From assembly GCF_006345805.1 (NCBI RefSeq), contig NC_043011.1, forward strand, positions 62,074,464 to 62,138,463: 64,000 nt of DNA, given 5' to 3'. The stretch is from Octopus sinensis (lineage: Eukaryota). Shown one piece after another: positions 1-11,310 of the stretch (positions within the stretch are counted from its first letter, which is position 1; the number at the start of each line of letters is the position of its first letter). The position numbers and the translations under genes are program-made. The notes below the pieces were generated by a model. That model had not been told where the DNA came from. It searched no databases and saw only the letters and a program-made list of their open reading frames with translations.

Positions 1-480
1 GATTTTCACTTGCCTCAACAGGTCTTCACAAGGGTCACACACTTGCCTCAACAGGTCTCCACAAGTGTCACAACACTTGCCTCTGCCTCAACAGGTCTTC
101 ACAAGTGTCACACACTTGCCTCAACAGGTCTTCACAAGTGTCATAAGAGGGAAGGTATGCACAGGTGGACTGACTACGTCGCCGGGTCTTCGGATGTGTC
201 TTTATGTGCCACCGGCACAGGTGCCAGATGAGGCTGGCGAACGGCCACGATCGGATGGTGTTTGTTGTGCCCACAGCACGGAGGCCAGTCGATGCGGTAC
301 TGGTTACGGCCACGTTTGGGTGGTTTCTTTGTGCCACCGGCACTGGTACCACAAAGAATACAATTCCACTGATGTTCATCTATTTTGATTTGTTTTGATT
401 TGATTTGATTTTCACTTGCCTCAACAGGTCTTCATAAGTGTCACAAGAAGGAAGGTATGCACAGGACTGACTACGTCCGT
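1..480. repeat. Tandemly reiterated RTE 3' UTR block with ~29-33 bp units
   Basis: cacttgcctcaacaggtcttcacaagtgtca occurs about 4 times in 8-143 and again at 413-443. Block 1-195 duplicates 406-520 with a deletion. Confidence 0.85.
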
Positions 481-2548
481 CCCAGTCGGGGCCACGGGTT
501 ATGGCCTGACTAGTCTTGCCGGGTCTTCTCATGCACAGCATACTTCCATAGGTCTCGGTCTCTAGACATTTCCTTAGTGAGACCTAAAGTTCGAAGGTCG
601 TGCTTCACCACCTCGTCCCAGGTTTTCCTGGGTCTACCTCTCCCACAGGTTCCCTCCACTGCTAGGGTGTAGCACTTTTGCACACAACTATCTTCAGCCT
701 TTCTTGTCACATGACCATACCAGCGCAGCCGTCTCTCTTGCACGCCACAACTGACGCTTCTTAGGTTCAGCTTTTCTCTCAAGGAACTTACACTCTGACG
801 ATTATGAACACTGACATTACACATCCATCGGAGCATACTGGCTTCATTTTTTGCGAGCTTACGCATATCCTCAGCAGTCACGGCCATGTTTCACTGCCAT
901 GTAGCATGGCTGTACGTACACATGCATCATACAGTCTGCCTTTTACTCTGAGCGAGAGGCCTTTTGTCACCAGCAGGGGTAAGAGCTCTCTAAACTTTGC
1001 CCAGGCTATTCTTACTCTAGCAGTTACACTTTCAGCACACCACCCCCGCTACTGACTTGGTCTCCTAGGTAGCGGAAGCTATCAACTACTTCTAGTTTGT
1101 CTCCCTGGAACGTGGCAGAAGTTGGTCTCTGCATATTTCCAGTGTTTATTGCTCCTGAGCATTTGCCACAGACAAAAACTATTTTCCTAGTTAGCCTTCC
1201 TTTGACATTGCTGCACCTCTTATGTGTCCATAGCTTACACTTGGTGCATCTTATAGAGTTTCTACCTACACCTTTTTTACAGATCGAGCAGGGCCATCTA
1301 CCTGAAGGCGTTTGTGATTGATCTACCTCCTACTTATTAGAACTTGGTTTTGGCTAGGTTGATTCTAAGGCCCTTCGATTCTAATCCTTGTTTCCACACC
1401 TGGAACTTCTCCTCCAGTTCTGATAGTGACTCAGCAATTAGAGCAAGGTCATCAGCATAGAGGAGCTCCCAGGGGCAACCTGTCTTGAATTCCTCCGTTA
1501 TTGCCTGGAGGACTATGATAAATAGGAGGGGACTGAGGACTGAACCTTGGTGGACCCCAACCTCTACCCGGAATTCTTCACTGTACTCGTTGCCACCCTC
1601 ACCTTACTAGCAGCGTCTCTGTACATGGCTTGCACAGCTCTCACCAACCATTCTTCTATCCCTAGTTTCCTCATTGACCACCAGATAAGGGACCGGGGGA
1701 CCCTGTCAAAGGCTTTCTCCAAGTCAACAAAAGCCAGGTACAAGGGCTTATCTTTGGCTAGGTATTTCTCCTGCAGCTGTCTTACCAGGAATATAGCATC
1801 AGTAGTACTTTTCCCTGGCACGAACCCAAACTGCATATCATCTAAGGTAACTCTCTCTCTAATTAGTTGGGCTACAACCCTCTCCGTAACCTTCATTACC
1901 TGATCCAGCAGCTTGATGCCCCTGTAGTTATTTGTCTCTCTAGGCGCGTCGCCTTTACCTTTGTAGCAGTTGACTATTATGCTGCTACACCAGTCATTGG
2001 GTATGACCCCCTCGTGTATCACCTGGTTAACTATACGGGTGACTAAGCTATAGCCGACACCACCAGATATTTTGAGCATCTCTGCAGTAATTCCTGATGG
2101 GCCTGGGGCTTTCCCTGTTTTCATGCTTCTAATTGCCTTATCTACTAAGGAACTGTTAACTCGGATTGCTGGTCCCTCTGTTGGGTCGACATTCGGCAGA
2201 CTCTCTTTATCCCATTCATTTTCTTCATTCAGCAACCTATCATAGTGGCGTCTCCAAGTCTCTCTCTTTGCACCCTCATTAAGTGCAAGTGAACCGTCCT
2301 CCTTGCGAACACATTTCTCTCCTACCACGTCACGATTCTCTCTCACACACTGTCTTGCAACACGAAATACCTCAAGTCTTTCATCCTCACGACGCAGGAC
2401 ATTGGCAAATTTTTCCTTCTCTGCTTCCCCTCTGGCTAGATAGACCTGTCTCCTGGCTTCCCTTCTGGCAGACTGATACACTTCCCTGCTACCACCGTTC
2501 TTCCAGGCCTTCCAAGCCTGTTTCTTTTGTCTAATAGCCCTGTCAACA
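1..2548 (-). mobile_element. 5'-truncated RTE-clade LINE: reverse transcriptase region plus 3' UTR, defective
   Basis: Minus-strand translations give RT motifs NYRGIKLL, QFGFVPGKSTTDAIF, FVDLEKAFDRVP, GVHQGSVLSPLLF and LLYADDL, and the RTE C-terminus RRLRWYGHV...GRGRPRKTWDEVVKHDL. 1-nt frameshifts near 1594, 1040 and 890. Stop at about 510; 3' UTR continues past position 1. No endonuclease domain in the window. Confidence 0.95.
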
Positions 2549-2644
2549 ATATATATATTATATATATATGATGATATATATATATATATATATAATATAA
2601 TATATATATATATATAACCTTTAAATAATGAGGGAGATATAAAT

Positions 2645-2815
2645 ATATATATGTATACGACAGGCTTCTTTCAGTTTCCACTTACCAAATACTCTCACAA
2701 GGCTTTGGTCAGCCCAAAGCTGTAGTAGAAGACACTTGCCCGAGGTGCCACTCAGTGGGACTGAACCCAGAACCATGTGGTTGGGAAGTGAGCTTCTTAC
2801 CACAACAGCCACTCC
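2645..2815 (-). mobile_element. tRNA-headed SINE family A, 5' half only
   Basis: Reverse complement of gagtggctgtgtggtaagaagc...ggttcagtcccact...ggaaactgaaagaagcc. A-box/B-box-like head; ends at (TA)n. Confidence 0.85.
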
Positions 2816-3470
2816 TAAACACCAATTAGAATAAATTTTATTGTCCTCAAACATATCAAAAGTTTAAAACTCATCCACCCAAACCAAGTATTTCTCAATT
2901 CAAATTGAGAAATATTTGCCCCCCCCTCTCTCTCACTCTCTCTTTCTCTCTCTCTCTCTCTCTGAGGTTCTCTCTTCCTTCCTCTTTCTCTCTTTCACAT
3001 TTTAGCCCACCCTGAATTAAAAACTATGAAAACAGGCAGTCACGCACCCGTCCCACCCCCTTTTCATCTACCCTCCATTTATCAGTCATAACATGATGGT
3101 ATTTCACATATAAAAGTGGGTTCCACTTCTCCCCACCACCATCCACCCATCCACCCATCACCTACCTTCTGCCCTCCCCCCATCCTCCCTTCCTCCCTTC
3201 CTCCATCTCTCGAAATCCATGACAATCTGTGAGATGTCAATATTCCATTTAGTAATTAAGTGAGAAGGTCATTAGGTAACAGAACCACCCCTTCCCCCAC
3301 CCCACAACCGACACACATACGCATGCCTCACCACCCCACCTCCACCCATCACCACATCAATATCCCATCGGGTTTTTTTCTTCTCAATATATGGCACCTC
3401 CCATGTAATTACATAATAACATCCTCCATCATCTGACCTCTACAAAATCTAGACAATGAGAGCAACCTAT

Positions 3471-3625
3471 ATGTGGCTGTGTGGTAAGAAGCTTGCTTCC
3501 CAACTACATGGTTCCAGGTTCAGTCCCACTGCATGGCACCTTGGGTAAGTGTCTTCTACTATAGCCTCGGGCCGACCATAGCCTTGTGAGTGGATTTGGT
3601 TGATGGAAACTGAAAGAAGCTCATC
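3471..3625 (+). mobile_element. SINE family A, 5' half only
   Basis: gtggctgtgtggtaagaagcttgcttccc...ggaaactgaaagaagc followed by (TA)n. Confidence 0.85.
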
Positions 3626-3741
3626 ATACATATATATATATATATATATGTATGTATGAATGTAGGGAATGAATTAAAGGGAATGAATTAAAACTTTCAG
3701 TAAACCATGTATATATATATATATATAATATATATATATAT

Positions 3742-3774
<33 letters not shown>

Positions 3775-4087
3775 ACAAAGGATGTTATAATACTATTCCA
3801 CAGCCATACCTACAATAATCCAATAATACTATTCGACATATGCAAAAACAGCCATACCAACAGTCCAACATATCTCCATCATCAGCTGCCCCATGGATAT
3901 CATTATGGTTTTGACACCTACTCAGTACAATTCAATCCAGCAGTGTTAACAGCACTAAAATAAGTGTTGCTTGGGAACAAACAAACCAAAGAAACCACAA
4001 CTCGCAAACACATTTACCCTGTGTACACCAGCGATGATGGGGTGGGGGACAAACACAGACACAAATATCTACATTCATTCATACGTA

Positions 4088-4352
4088 TATATTCTGTTGT
4101 GCTCAAGGAGTGTCATTCTCTTTTAGTGCCTTATTATTTAACACACTCATCGGTAAAGTCTGCACTCATTCACTCCTTTATTCTTTTCTAAAATTTTCAT
4201 TGTGTCCTGCAACCCTTTCCATAGACGTTGACAAAAACACAACAAAAATTTTAGAAAAATAAAGTAGTAAATGAGTGGAAATTGAACAGGTGAGTTTGTT
4301 ATAAAATAAGACACAAAAAGTGAATGACTCTCCCCAGACACAACAAAATATG
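4088..4352. repeat. Foldback inverted repeat, ~115 bp arms, ~30 bp spacer
   Basis: 4088-4207 aligns with the reverse complement of 4236-4352 (gtcattc..tttt.gtg.cttatt...cactcatt.act.ctttatt.tttctaaaattt), roughly 75% identical by eye. Confidence 0.75.
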
Positions 4353-4488
4353 CTTCAACACACAAACTCACATAAAGAATCTTGCAAACCAAATCCCAAA
4401 CGAAATACATACATACATACATACATACATACATACATACATGCATGCATGCATGCATGCATACATACATACATATATATATATATAC

Positions 4489-4552
<64 letters not shown>

Positions 4553-4715
4553 GTATGTATGCATGTATATATTTATATACATATACATACATATATATAC
4601 ATATATATATATTTATATATGTATTTATATATGCATATTTATATATATATACATATTTATATAGAATAAAACTTATATATAAAGAACGTGAAATTCACGA
4701 ATATATATACATATT

Positions 4716-4770
<55 letters not shown>

Positions 4771-5859
4771 ATATATTTCATTGTGTTCTTGAGCAAAACA
4801 CTTCATTTCGTATTGCAGTGTAATTACTTCAGCACCTTACGCATGGTATGCCATACTCTGGTTTTATTTCACTTCCATATTTAATAATCAGTTGGTTAAC
4901 TTCTTGACCATTTAACTAATCAGTTGTTTGTCTAATTGCTTGGTTAATTGATCAATCAGGTTCGTGAACGTCCTTTCATCCCTGGGGTGTGTCATTGATG
5001 AAGTTGTGTATTGTGACAAAACGACTATGACAAATCTAGATGATTGATTGATTAACCAAACAATTAATCAACTGCTCAATTAATTAATCTAGTTCTTGCC
5101 TTTTATCATCTACTTATTTCAGTTATAATACCATGGCCATGCTGGGGCTCTGCCACGAAGAATTTTAGTTGAACAAATTGAGCTCCAGTTCTTACCTTTT
5201 TTTTGTTTTCCAAACCTGGTACTTATTCTGTCATTCCCTTTTTGCCAAACTACTAACATACAGGGACATAAACAAACCAACACTGGTTATCAAGCAGTGG
5301 TGATGATGATGATGATGATGATATATATATATACACACACACATCTACATAACAGCCTACTAACAAATCTACCTGTGTGTATATAAACTGTGGGTATTGG
5401 GGTATCACTACCTTCTGCGTATATCTCTCATTTAGTACTGGGTGTGTTTCATTTATGTCGACATACTCCTGCCTTTGTCTGAGACAAATACTTAAGCAAA
5501 TACAGGAGTTTCTAACTTGTCAAGTGATTACGTGGTGGCACCCCTTCGGGCAGTTCAATGGTGTGGATTTGTCATAGATTTGGGCGTTGGCTTCTTTGAA
5601 TATTGCAGTTTCTACTCTATAAATTTAGATTAGGTTGTGTATATATATATATAACGTGTGTGTGTGTATATGTTCATATATGCTTGCTTGTGTTTGTGTG
5701 TCTTATCGGGTGTGTCTGTAAGTTTGTGTGACACATCATATTTCTGTGTGTATATATAAACCAATTTATATTCATCTATCTGTGCATGGGTGGAAGATGG
5801 ACATTAAACGATGATGATTATGTGTATATATTGGTATATAAAGTGTATTTATATATAGA

Positions 5860-6015
5860 CACAGGCATGGCTGTGTGGTAAGAAGCTTGCTTCCCAATCA
5901 CATAGTTCTGGGTTCAGTCCCACTGCATGCTATCTTGGGCAAGTGTCTTCTACTATAGCTTTGGGCCAGTCAAAACCTTGTTATTGAGTTTGATAGACAG
6001 AAGTTAAAAGAAGAC
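5860..6015 (+). mobile_element. SINE family A, 5' half only
   Basis: ggcatggctgtgtggtaagaagc...ggttcagtcccactgc; ends at TG/TA microsatellite. Confidence 0.8.
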
Positions 6016-6020
6016 CATCA

Positions 6021-6054
<34 letters not shown>

Positions 6055-6089
6055 AAGTTAATCCAAACAAGAAAACAAAAACAAAAAAA

Positions 6090-6445
6090 CAACAACATAA
6101 GGACGTGGAAGAAATAAAGTATTATTGGACGCTCAGGGAAGAAGGAGGGTTTGACGTTTCGAGCGGAGCTCTTCGTTGGAAACATAGGAGAAGGAAATAT
6201 CTCAAGAAGGGAAGACAGGGGAAAAAAATCGCTAGTGATACAGACGAGGTCACATACTAAAAGACGGAAGTAGTAAAGGTAGAAGAATAATGTTTTTTAA
6301 AAGACAGGAGGAGAGCTATATCAAAGACAGTATGGTAGGTGGTTGCGACACAGGTGGAAAAATGGAGGTAGAAGAAGAAAGGTGAAGAAGAAAAATGTAT
6401 GAGAAAAAAAGTTTGAGGAAAAGTTGTTGTAGAGTCACGGACAGA
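6090..6445 (-). mobile_element. Penelope-like element pseudo-LTR remnant with degenerate hammerhead motif
   Basis: Minus strand at 6183-6149 reads gttt-ccaacga-a-gagc-tcc-gctc-gaaac-gtc-aaac, the layout of minimal PLE hammerheads. Confidence 0.6.
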
Positions 6446-6509
6446 TTATTTTTGATTTCCAATCACAATTTCAGTGGCGTATATATATGTATATATATAT
6501 ATATATATA

Positions 6510-6725
6510 TTAATAAAAATGGTAAGACAACAAAAGAATGAAAGAGACCTCGATATTATGTAAATAGAGGAATTTATCTGTAAAAGTAACATGTGACAAT
6601 TATTCAGTAGCCATGATGAAACTCTGAGTTTCAGAACGCTATGAAAAATAACCATTATACAAAGGGAAATTACAGTGTGATTGACCACTATTATGACAAA
6701 AGAGCTATTTGAATGACCGCTAAAT
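6510..6725 (-). mobile_element. Short PLE-type element family X, copy with ribozyme core deleted
   Basis: Reverse complement matches 6864-7090 and 27338-27590 but jumps from agcgtt directly to ctgaaactc. Confidence 0.75.
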
Positions 6726-6863
6726 AAAGGATGCGAGTGAAGATGTGTATATTTTCAAGTGAGGGTGGATGAATGTATGCATATGCATGTGGGTGTGCGG
6801 GTGCACATGTGTAGGTATGAACAGGCGCACTAATGCGAATACTATGAACTTTTTACTCCCTTA

Positions 6864-7090
6864 CTTAGCAGTCATTTGAATAGCTCTTTTATCTTAATAA
6901 CGGTCAATCACGCAGTAATTTCCCAGTCAATCACGCAGTAATTTCCCTTTGTATAATGGTCATTTATCATAGCGTTTTTCCGATGGCCGGATAACTGAAG
7001 AGATGGCAGCATGGATTTCCACCCCGGCATCCGAAACTCGGAGTTTTATCATGGCTACCGAATAATTGTCGCATGTCATATTTACAGATA
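6864..7090 (+). mobile_element. Short PLE-type element family X carrying a hammerhead motif
   Basis: Homologous to 6510-6725 (-) and 27338-27590 (+). Internal ~22 bp tandem duplication of gtcaatcacgcagtaatttccc at about 6903-6947. Confidence 0.75.
6984..7056 (+). ncRNA. Type I hammerhead ribozyme candidate, core intact
   Basis: Stem I gataa(6990-94)/ttatc(7046-50), extendable through tggccg/tggcta. CUGAAGA at 6995-7001. Imperfect stem II gatg/catc. GAAAC at 7033-37. Stem III ACU-cgg-AGU. GUU cleavage triplet at 7043-45. Confidence 0.7.
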
Positions 7091-7811
7091 TATATATATG
7101 TATGTATGTATACTTATATATATATGCCTTTAACCATATCAGCTCCAGTCAAACTTTCCAAATCATGCCATTATGTTAATTGATGATGATGATGTGTGTG
7201 TATCTTCTCCAAGTTGAGCCCCACCAACTGACAAGCTGCATCTCTGCTGATAAAATAAATGCTTCGTTTATTTTTCTAACAAATTACTCGTTCATTTCTT
7301 CCATTAACACCTTAGCTTGAGAATTACAAAATCTAATCTGTAATTTCCATCTAATTTTCCTGAGAAATTACAGCCTATGATCTTTGTTTGTGTGTGTGTG
7401 TTGCCATGTGTTTATCACACACCCATTTATTAATGTTGTGATGACATGATGTTGGGTCTTTAATAAATTCACAAGCCACACCTCAGCTCTTAAACAGCTA
7501 AAGCAAAAGGAACCCCCCACTTCTTAACCAGGACTGCTAGAAAGAACTAGTTAAACCTGTATCGAATTGCATTGAGTCATATAAAATAATGGAGTCATTG
7601 AGTCATTCTGTTACAAATATATCATGCCAAGCAACAGGAATGAAAGGATGGTCATTTTGGGGCATCTTAGGCAAATGTCTTGTACTATAGCCCTGGGTTG
7701 GCCAAAACCTTGTGTATGGATTTAGTAAACAGAAACTAAAAGCAGTTCATTGTATGTAGACATACACACACACACACTCACTTACCCAAGTGCACATACA
7801 CTCACATAGAG

Positions 7812-7982
7812 AATGTTGTGGCGAAAGTGTACAGTAGGGTTCGCCACCATCCTCTGCTGGAGCGTCGTGGAGTTTTAGGTGTTTTTGCTCAATAAACCCT
7901 CACAATGCCTAGTCTGGGAATTGAAACCACAATCCTACTACTGCGAGTCCGCTGCCTTAACCACTGGGCTATTGCGCCTCCA
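7812..7982 (-). mobile_element. tRNA-headed SINE family C
   Basis: Reverse complement reads ggaggcgcaatagcccagtggttaaggcagcggactcgc...; homologous to 8488-8670. Confidence 0.85.
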
Positions 7983-8070
7983 CTGAAAATAATAAGCTTT
8001 CAAGGAAATTGACTGCGGGAAGAACACCAGAAAATATTCGCAAGGAATTTGTGAAATTTGTAAACAAACC
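7983..8070 (+). mobile_element. Mariner/Tc1 transposase N-terminal fragment
   Basis: Translates ENNKLSRKLTAGRTPENIRK, resembling the GRPxTARTPENI linker; inverted homolog of 8405-8487. Confidence 0.5.
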
Positions 8071-8261
8071 AAACACACAAACACATAGGTACAGACACTC
8101 ATGGAATCTATGTATGTATGGCTGTATGTATTTGTGTGAGTGAGTGTGATTGGTTATTATTAGAAAGACATTGTAGGGTAGGTGTAAGAGGCCTGGTCTG
8201 GTCAGTTTGAGCATAAAACAAATAAAACATTTGAGTCAGATATATATATTATAGTTCAGCA

Positions 8262-8487
8262 TCATCCCTTTCGAAATAATCCTCAGTGACCCAAGTCCAT
8301 GGAAGTCCTCTTTCCTGAAGGTCATTTCTGTGAATTTTATTCCAGACTCTAACAATGATTCCAATCACATGGAAGCACAAATAGATGGTTTGGCATCAAT
8401 CCTCTTGGACAAGTTCACAAATTTCTTGCGTCTATTTTTCTCGTGTTTTTCAGGCAATTGGTTTCCTTGAAAGCTTATTATCTTCAG
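8262..8487 (-). mobile_element. Degraded mariner/Tc1 transposase HTH region
   Basis: One frame reads RKPIA*KTREK*TQEICELVQED*CQTI...VIGIIVRVWNKIHRNDL, matching the mariner second HTH pattern (vrelveeDrrqtirela...gis...vh.il..dL). Confidence 0.55.
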
Positions 8488-8670
8488 TGGAGGTGCAATG
8501 GCCCAGTGGTTAGGGCAGCAGACTCACAGTCATAGGATTGTAGTTTCAATTCCCAGACTGGGCGTTGTGAGTGTTTATTGAGCAAAAACACTTAAAGCTC
8601 CACACGGCTTCGGCAGGGAGTGGTGGCGAACCCTGCTGTATTCTTTCACCACAACTTTCTCTCACTCTTT
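8488..8670 (+). mobile_element. SINE family C
   Basis: ggaggtgcaatggcccagtggttagggcagcagactc...gtttcaattccc (A and B boxes). Confidence 0.85.
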
Positions 8671-9444
8671 CTTATTTCTTTATTGCCCACAAGGGGCTAA
8701 ACATAGAGGGGACAAACAAGGACAGACAAAGGGATTAAGTCAATTACATCGACCCCGGTGCGTAACTGGTACTTAATTTATCGACCCCGAAAGGATGAAA
8801 GGTAAAGTTGCCCTTGGCAGAATTTGAACTCAAAAAATTAAATTTTTTTTATTCTTTTACTTGTTTCAATCATTTCACTGTGACCATGCTGGAGCACCAA
8901 ACAAATCGATCATCCCCCAGGATTAAATTTTTTTTTAAAGCCTGGTACTTATTCTATCAGCCTCTTTCGCTGAACTGCCAGTGGTATGGGGATGTAAACA
9001 CACCAGCACCAGTTGTCGAGTGATTATGTGTGTGTGTGTGGGAGGAGGTCAAACACAGACACACAAATACATACACTCATACATACATACACACACACGC
9101 ACATACGAAGGTGCCACATTGTGGGACTGAACCCGGAACTATGTGGTTGGCAAGCAGGCTTCTCACCACACAGAGATAAATATTATGGAAATAAAAGAAA
9201 GGAAGAAGACAGGACTTCAGAGAATACTTTTAATAGGATGATAGTCATGATAAATTAGAAAGAAAAGAAGAAAACATTGTCAGGAAAAGCAGCAACGTTG
9301 TTTTCAAGAAAGCAAACACTGTGGCCCCTCGTGAAAATGAATTTTACGAAGCATTGTGTGAAAATATAGAAAGAAATCAATGCAGATCCAGTGGCAGAGA
9401 AATATAGGAATTTAAGGAAGATTATAGAAAAGAATTTTATAGCC

Positions 9445-9735
9445 AAACTAGCAGTATCGCCCGGCGTTGCTCGGGTTTGTAAGGGAAATAATTATATAAG
9501 CATTTTTAGAGAGTTATAGCCAAAAAATAGCAAAAAAAATGCACTAAAAATGGAAAAAAAATTATGCTAAATTTTTTTTTAAATCGTTGACTCATCGTAG
9601 ACATTTTTAGAGAGTTACTTCCCTTATGTAATAGCGAAAAAAATGCATTAAAATGGAAAAAAATGATGGTAAATTATTTTAAAAATCGTAGACTCATCGT
9701 AGACGCGCGCTAATACCCAGAAGGGCTCGATATGA
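9445..9735 (+). mobile_element. Probable non-autonomous Helitron-like fragment
   Basis: Begins actagcagtatcgcccggcgttgctcggg, a subterminal GC hairpin next to CTAG typical of Helitron-type non-autonomous elements; AT-rich body with internal repeats. Confidence 0.5.
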
Positions 9736-10839
9736 ATACTAGGCTTACAAAAAATAAGTCCTGGGGCCGATTTGCTCAACTAAAAGGCGATGCTCCAGCA
9801 TGGCCACAGTTAAATGACTAAAACAAGTAAAAGAGTAAAAGAGATTCCAAATATGTAGCAAAAATTAGACTTGGTATTTTCTGCGAGTGATGGTGCCTCA
9901 ATGAACTTGATATATCTCAACAGAAAACAACTTAAAACATGACATGCCTTAATAACAGACAGAGTGATACACGAAACTTCTTTCTGCCACCAAAAGAAAT
10001 GAAATTTTGCATTGATATATTTCTGTTTTGTGCAGTAAAAGGGTTGAATCAAAATTGTAATTAGATAATGGAGAGGAATTTTTTGGGAAACTGTTGCTAA
10101 ACAGGTAATGAAATATGGAAGAAAAATTTAGTCGTTTTAATTTCAACCTGCCTGAGATTACCCTGGTTCTGACTCAAACTTCCTGTTTTAAAAATGACCT
10201 AAATTAAAATCTTTCATCAATATTCTATGTTAATTTACATTCCAAAGTTTGTTTCTTTTTTTCAAAATTCTTCATTATTTTAGAAATTAATTTAAATGTA
10301 AGTGTTGTATTTCTACAGAAATACAACAACCAATGGGTTTAAGAGGTGTCTGTAAATGTAGCCATTTCTGTTGCTGCTGTTACTACTACTACCACTACTA
10401 CTACTACTACTACCACTACTACTACTACTACTACTACCACCTTGAATCAGTATGTGGTCTCTAAATGTGCTAGAAATAACAGCCAAATAGGTAATTCAGT
10501 AAGGAAGAGGAATTTAACGAATGTCTGTAACAGGTAGAAGTGGTGATGCTTCTACTGCTGCTATGGTTACAGCCACTATAGTTCAGTGCATGGTAACTTG
10601 GCATGCTGTAAATAACAGCCAAACATCCTTCAAATCATATCCTGTTGTCTTGAGAAGTGAAGGAGCCATTGAGCGAGTAAAGACACTTCTACATAGTTGC
10701 TCATTCTGCTTTAAATAAAAGCTAAATCTTCCTTGATTTAGGCTCTACTTGCTTAAAAGAAATTACCCAAAGAAGGATCCTCTATGTAGTTGACTGACCT
10801 GCTAGAAATGGTAACTAAATTGACTTCAAATTTCATCCT

Positions 10840-10867
10840 ACCTTCTTAAAAGATATATATATATAAA

Positions 10868-10956
<89 letters not shown>
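10840..10956. repeat. Long (TA)n microsatellite
   Basis: About 90 bp of uninterrupted TA. Confidence 0.95.
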
Positions 10957-10961
<5 letters not shown>

Positions 10962-11059
10962 TTATTAATATTTGGAAGTTATTTCCGAGTCTACAGGTCT
11001 CTTAAACCTATCTATATAATATTGTTTGTTCCTTCTTGAGCCACGCCTGGCTCATTAGG

Positions 11060-11310
11060 GGCCGGTTTCCTTGGCATATAGGCTCCCCACCTGGACGGGA
11101 CGCCAGTCCGTCACAGGTGAGCTGCAAGAGGCAGAAGGAAGAATGAGAGAAAGTTGTGGCAAAAGAGTCAGCAGAAGTTCGCCATTACCTTCTGCCGGAG
11201 CCACGTGGAGCTTAGGTGTTTTGCTCATAAACACACGCATCGTCCGGTCTGAGATTCGAACCCACGATCCCTCGACCACGAGTCCACTGCTCTAACCACT
11301 AGGCCATGTG
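11060..11310 (-). mobile_element. SINE family C-related copy
   Basis: Reverse complement has a tRNA-like head gcctagtggttagagcagtggactc...ggttcgaatctc and the body shared with 8488-8670. Confidence 0.8.

Noticed and set aside
1564-2481. 305-aa ORF as a host gene or active LINE
   Set aside because: It is part of an RTE ORF that is 5'-truncated and broken by at least three frameshifts.
4324-4884. Long ORFs such as 4324-4884, 15708-16646, 32628-33136, 33352-34156 and 35536-36045
   Set aside because: Translations of TA, CA, TCTA, GATA or GAT microsatellites that lack stop codons; no splice or domain support.
8262-8490. LRR-like peptide LKIISFQGNQL...FHGLGSLRII in one minus-strand frame
   Set aside because: Another frame of the same DNA fits the mariner HTH region better, and the inverted copy gives RTPENI; the LRR spacing is irregular and contains a stop.
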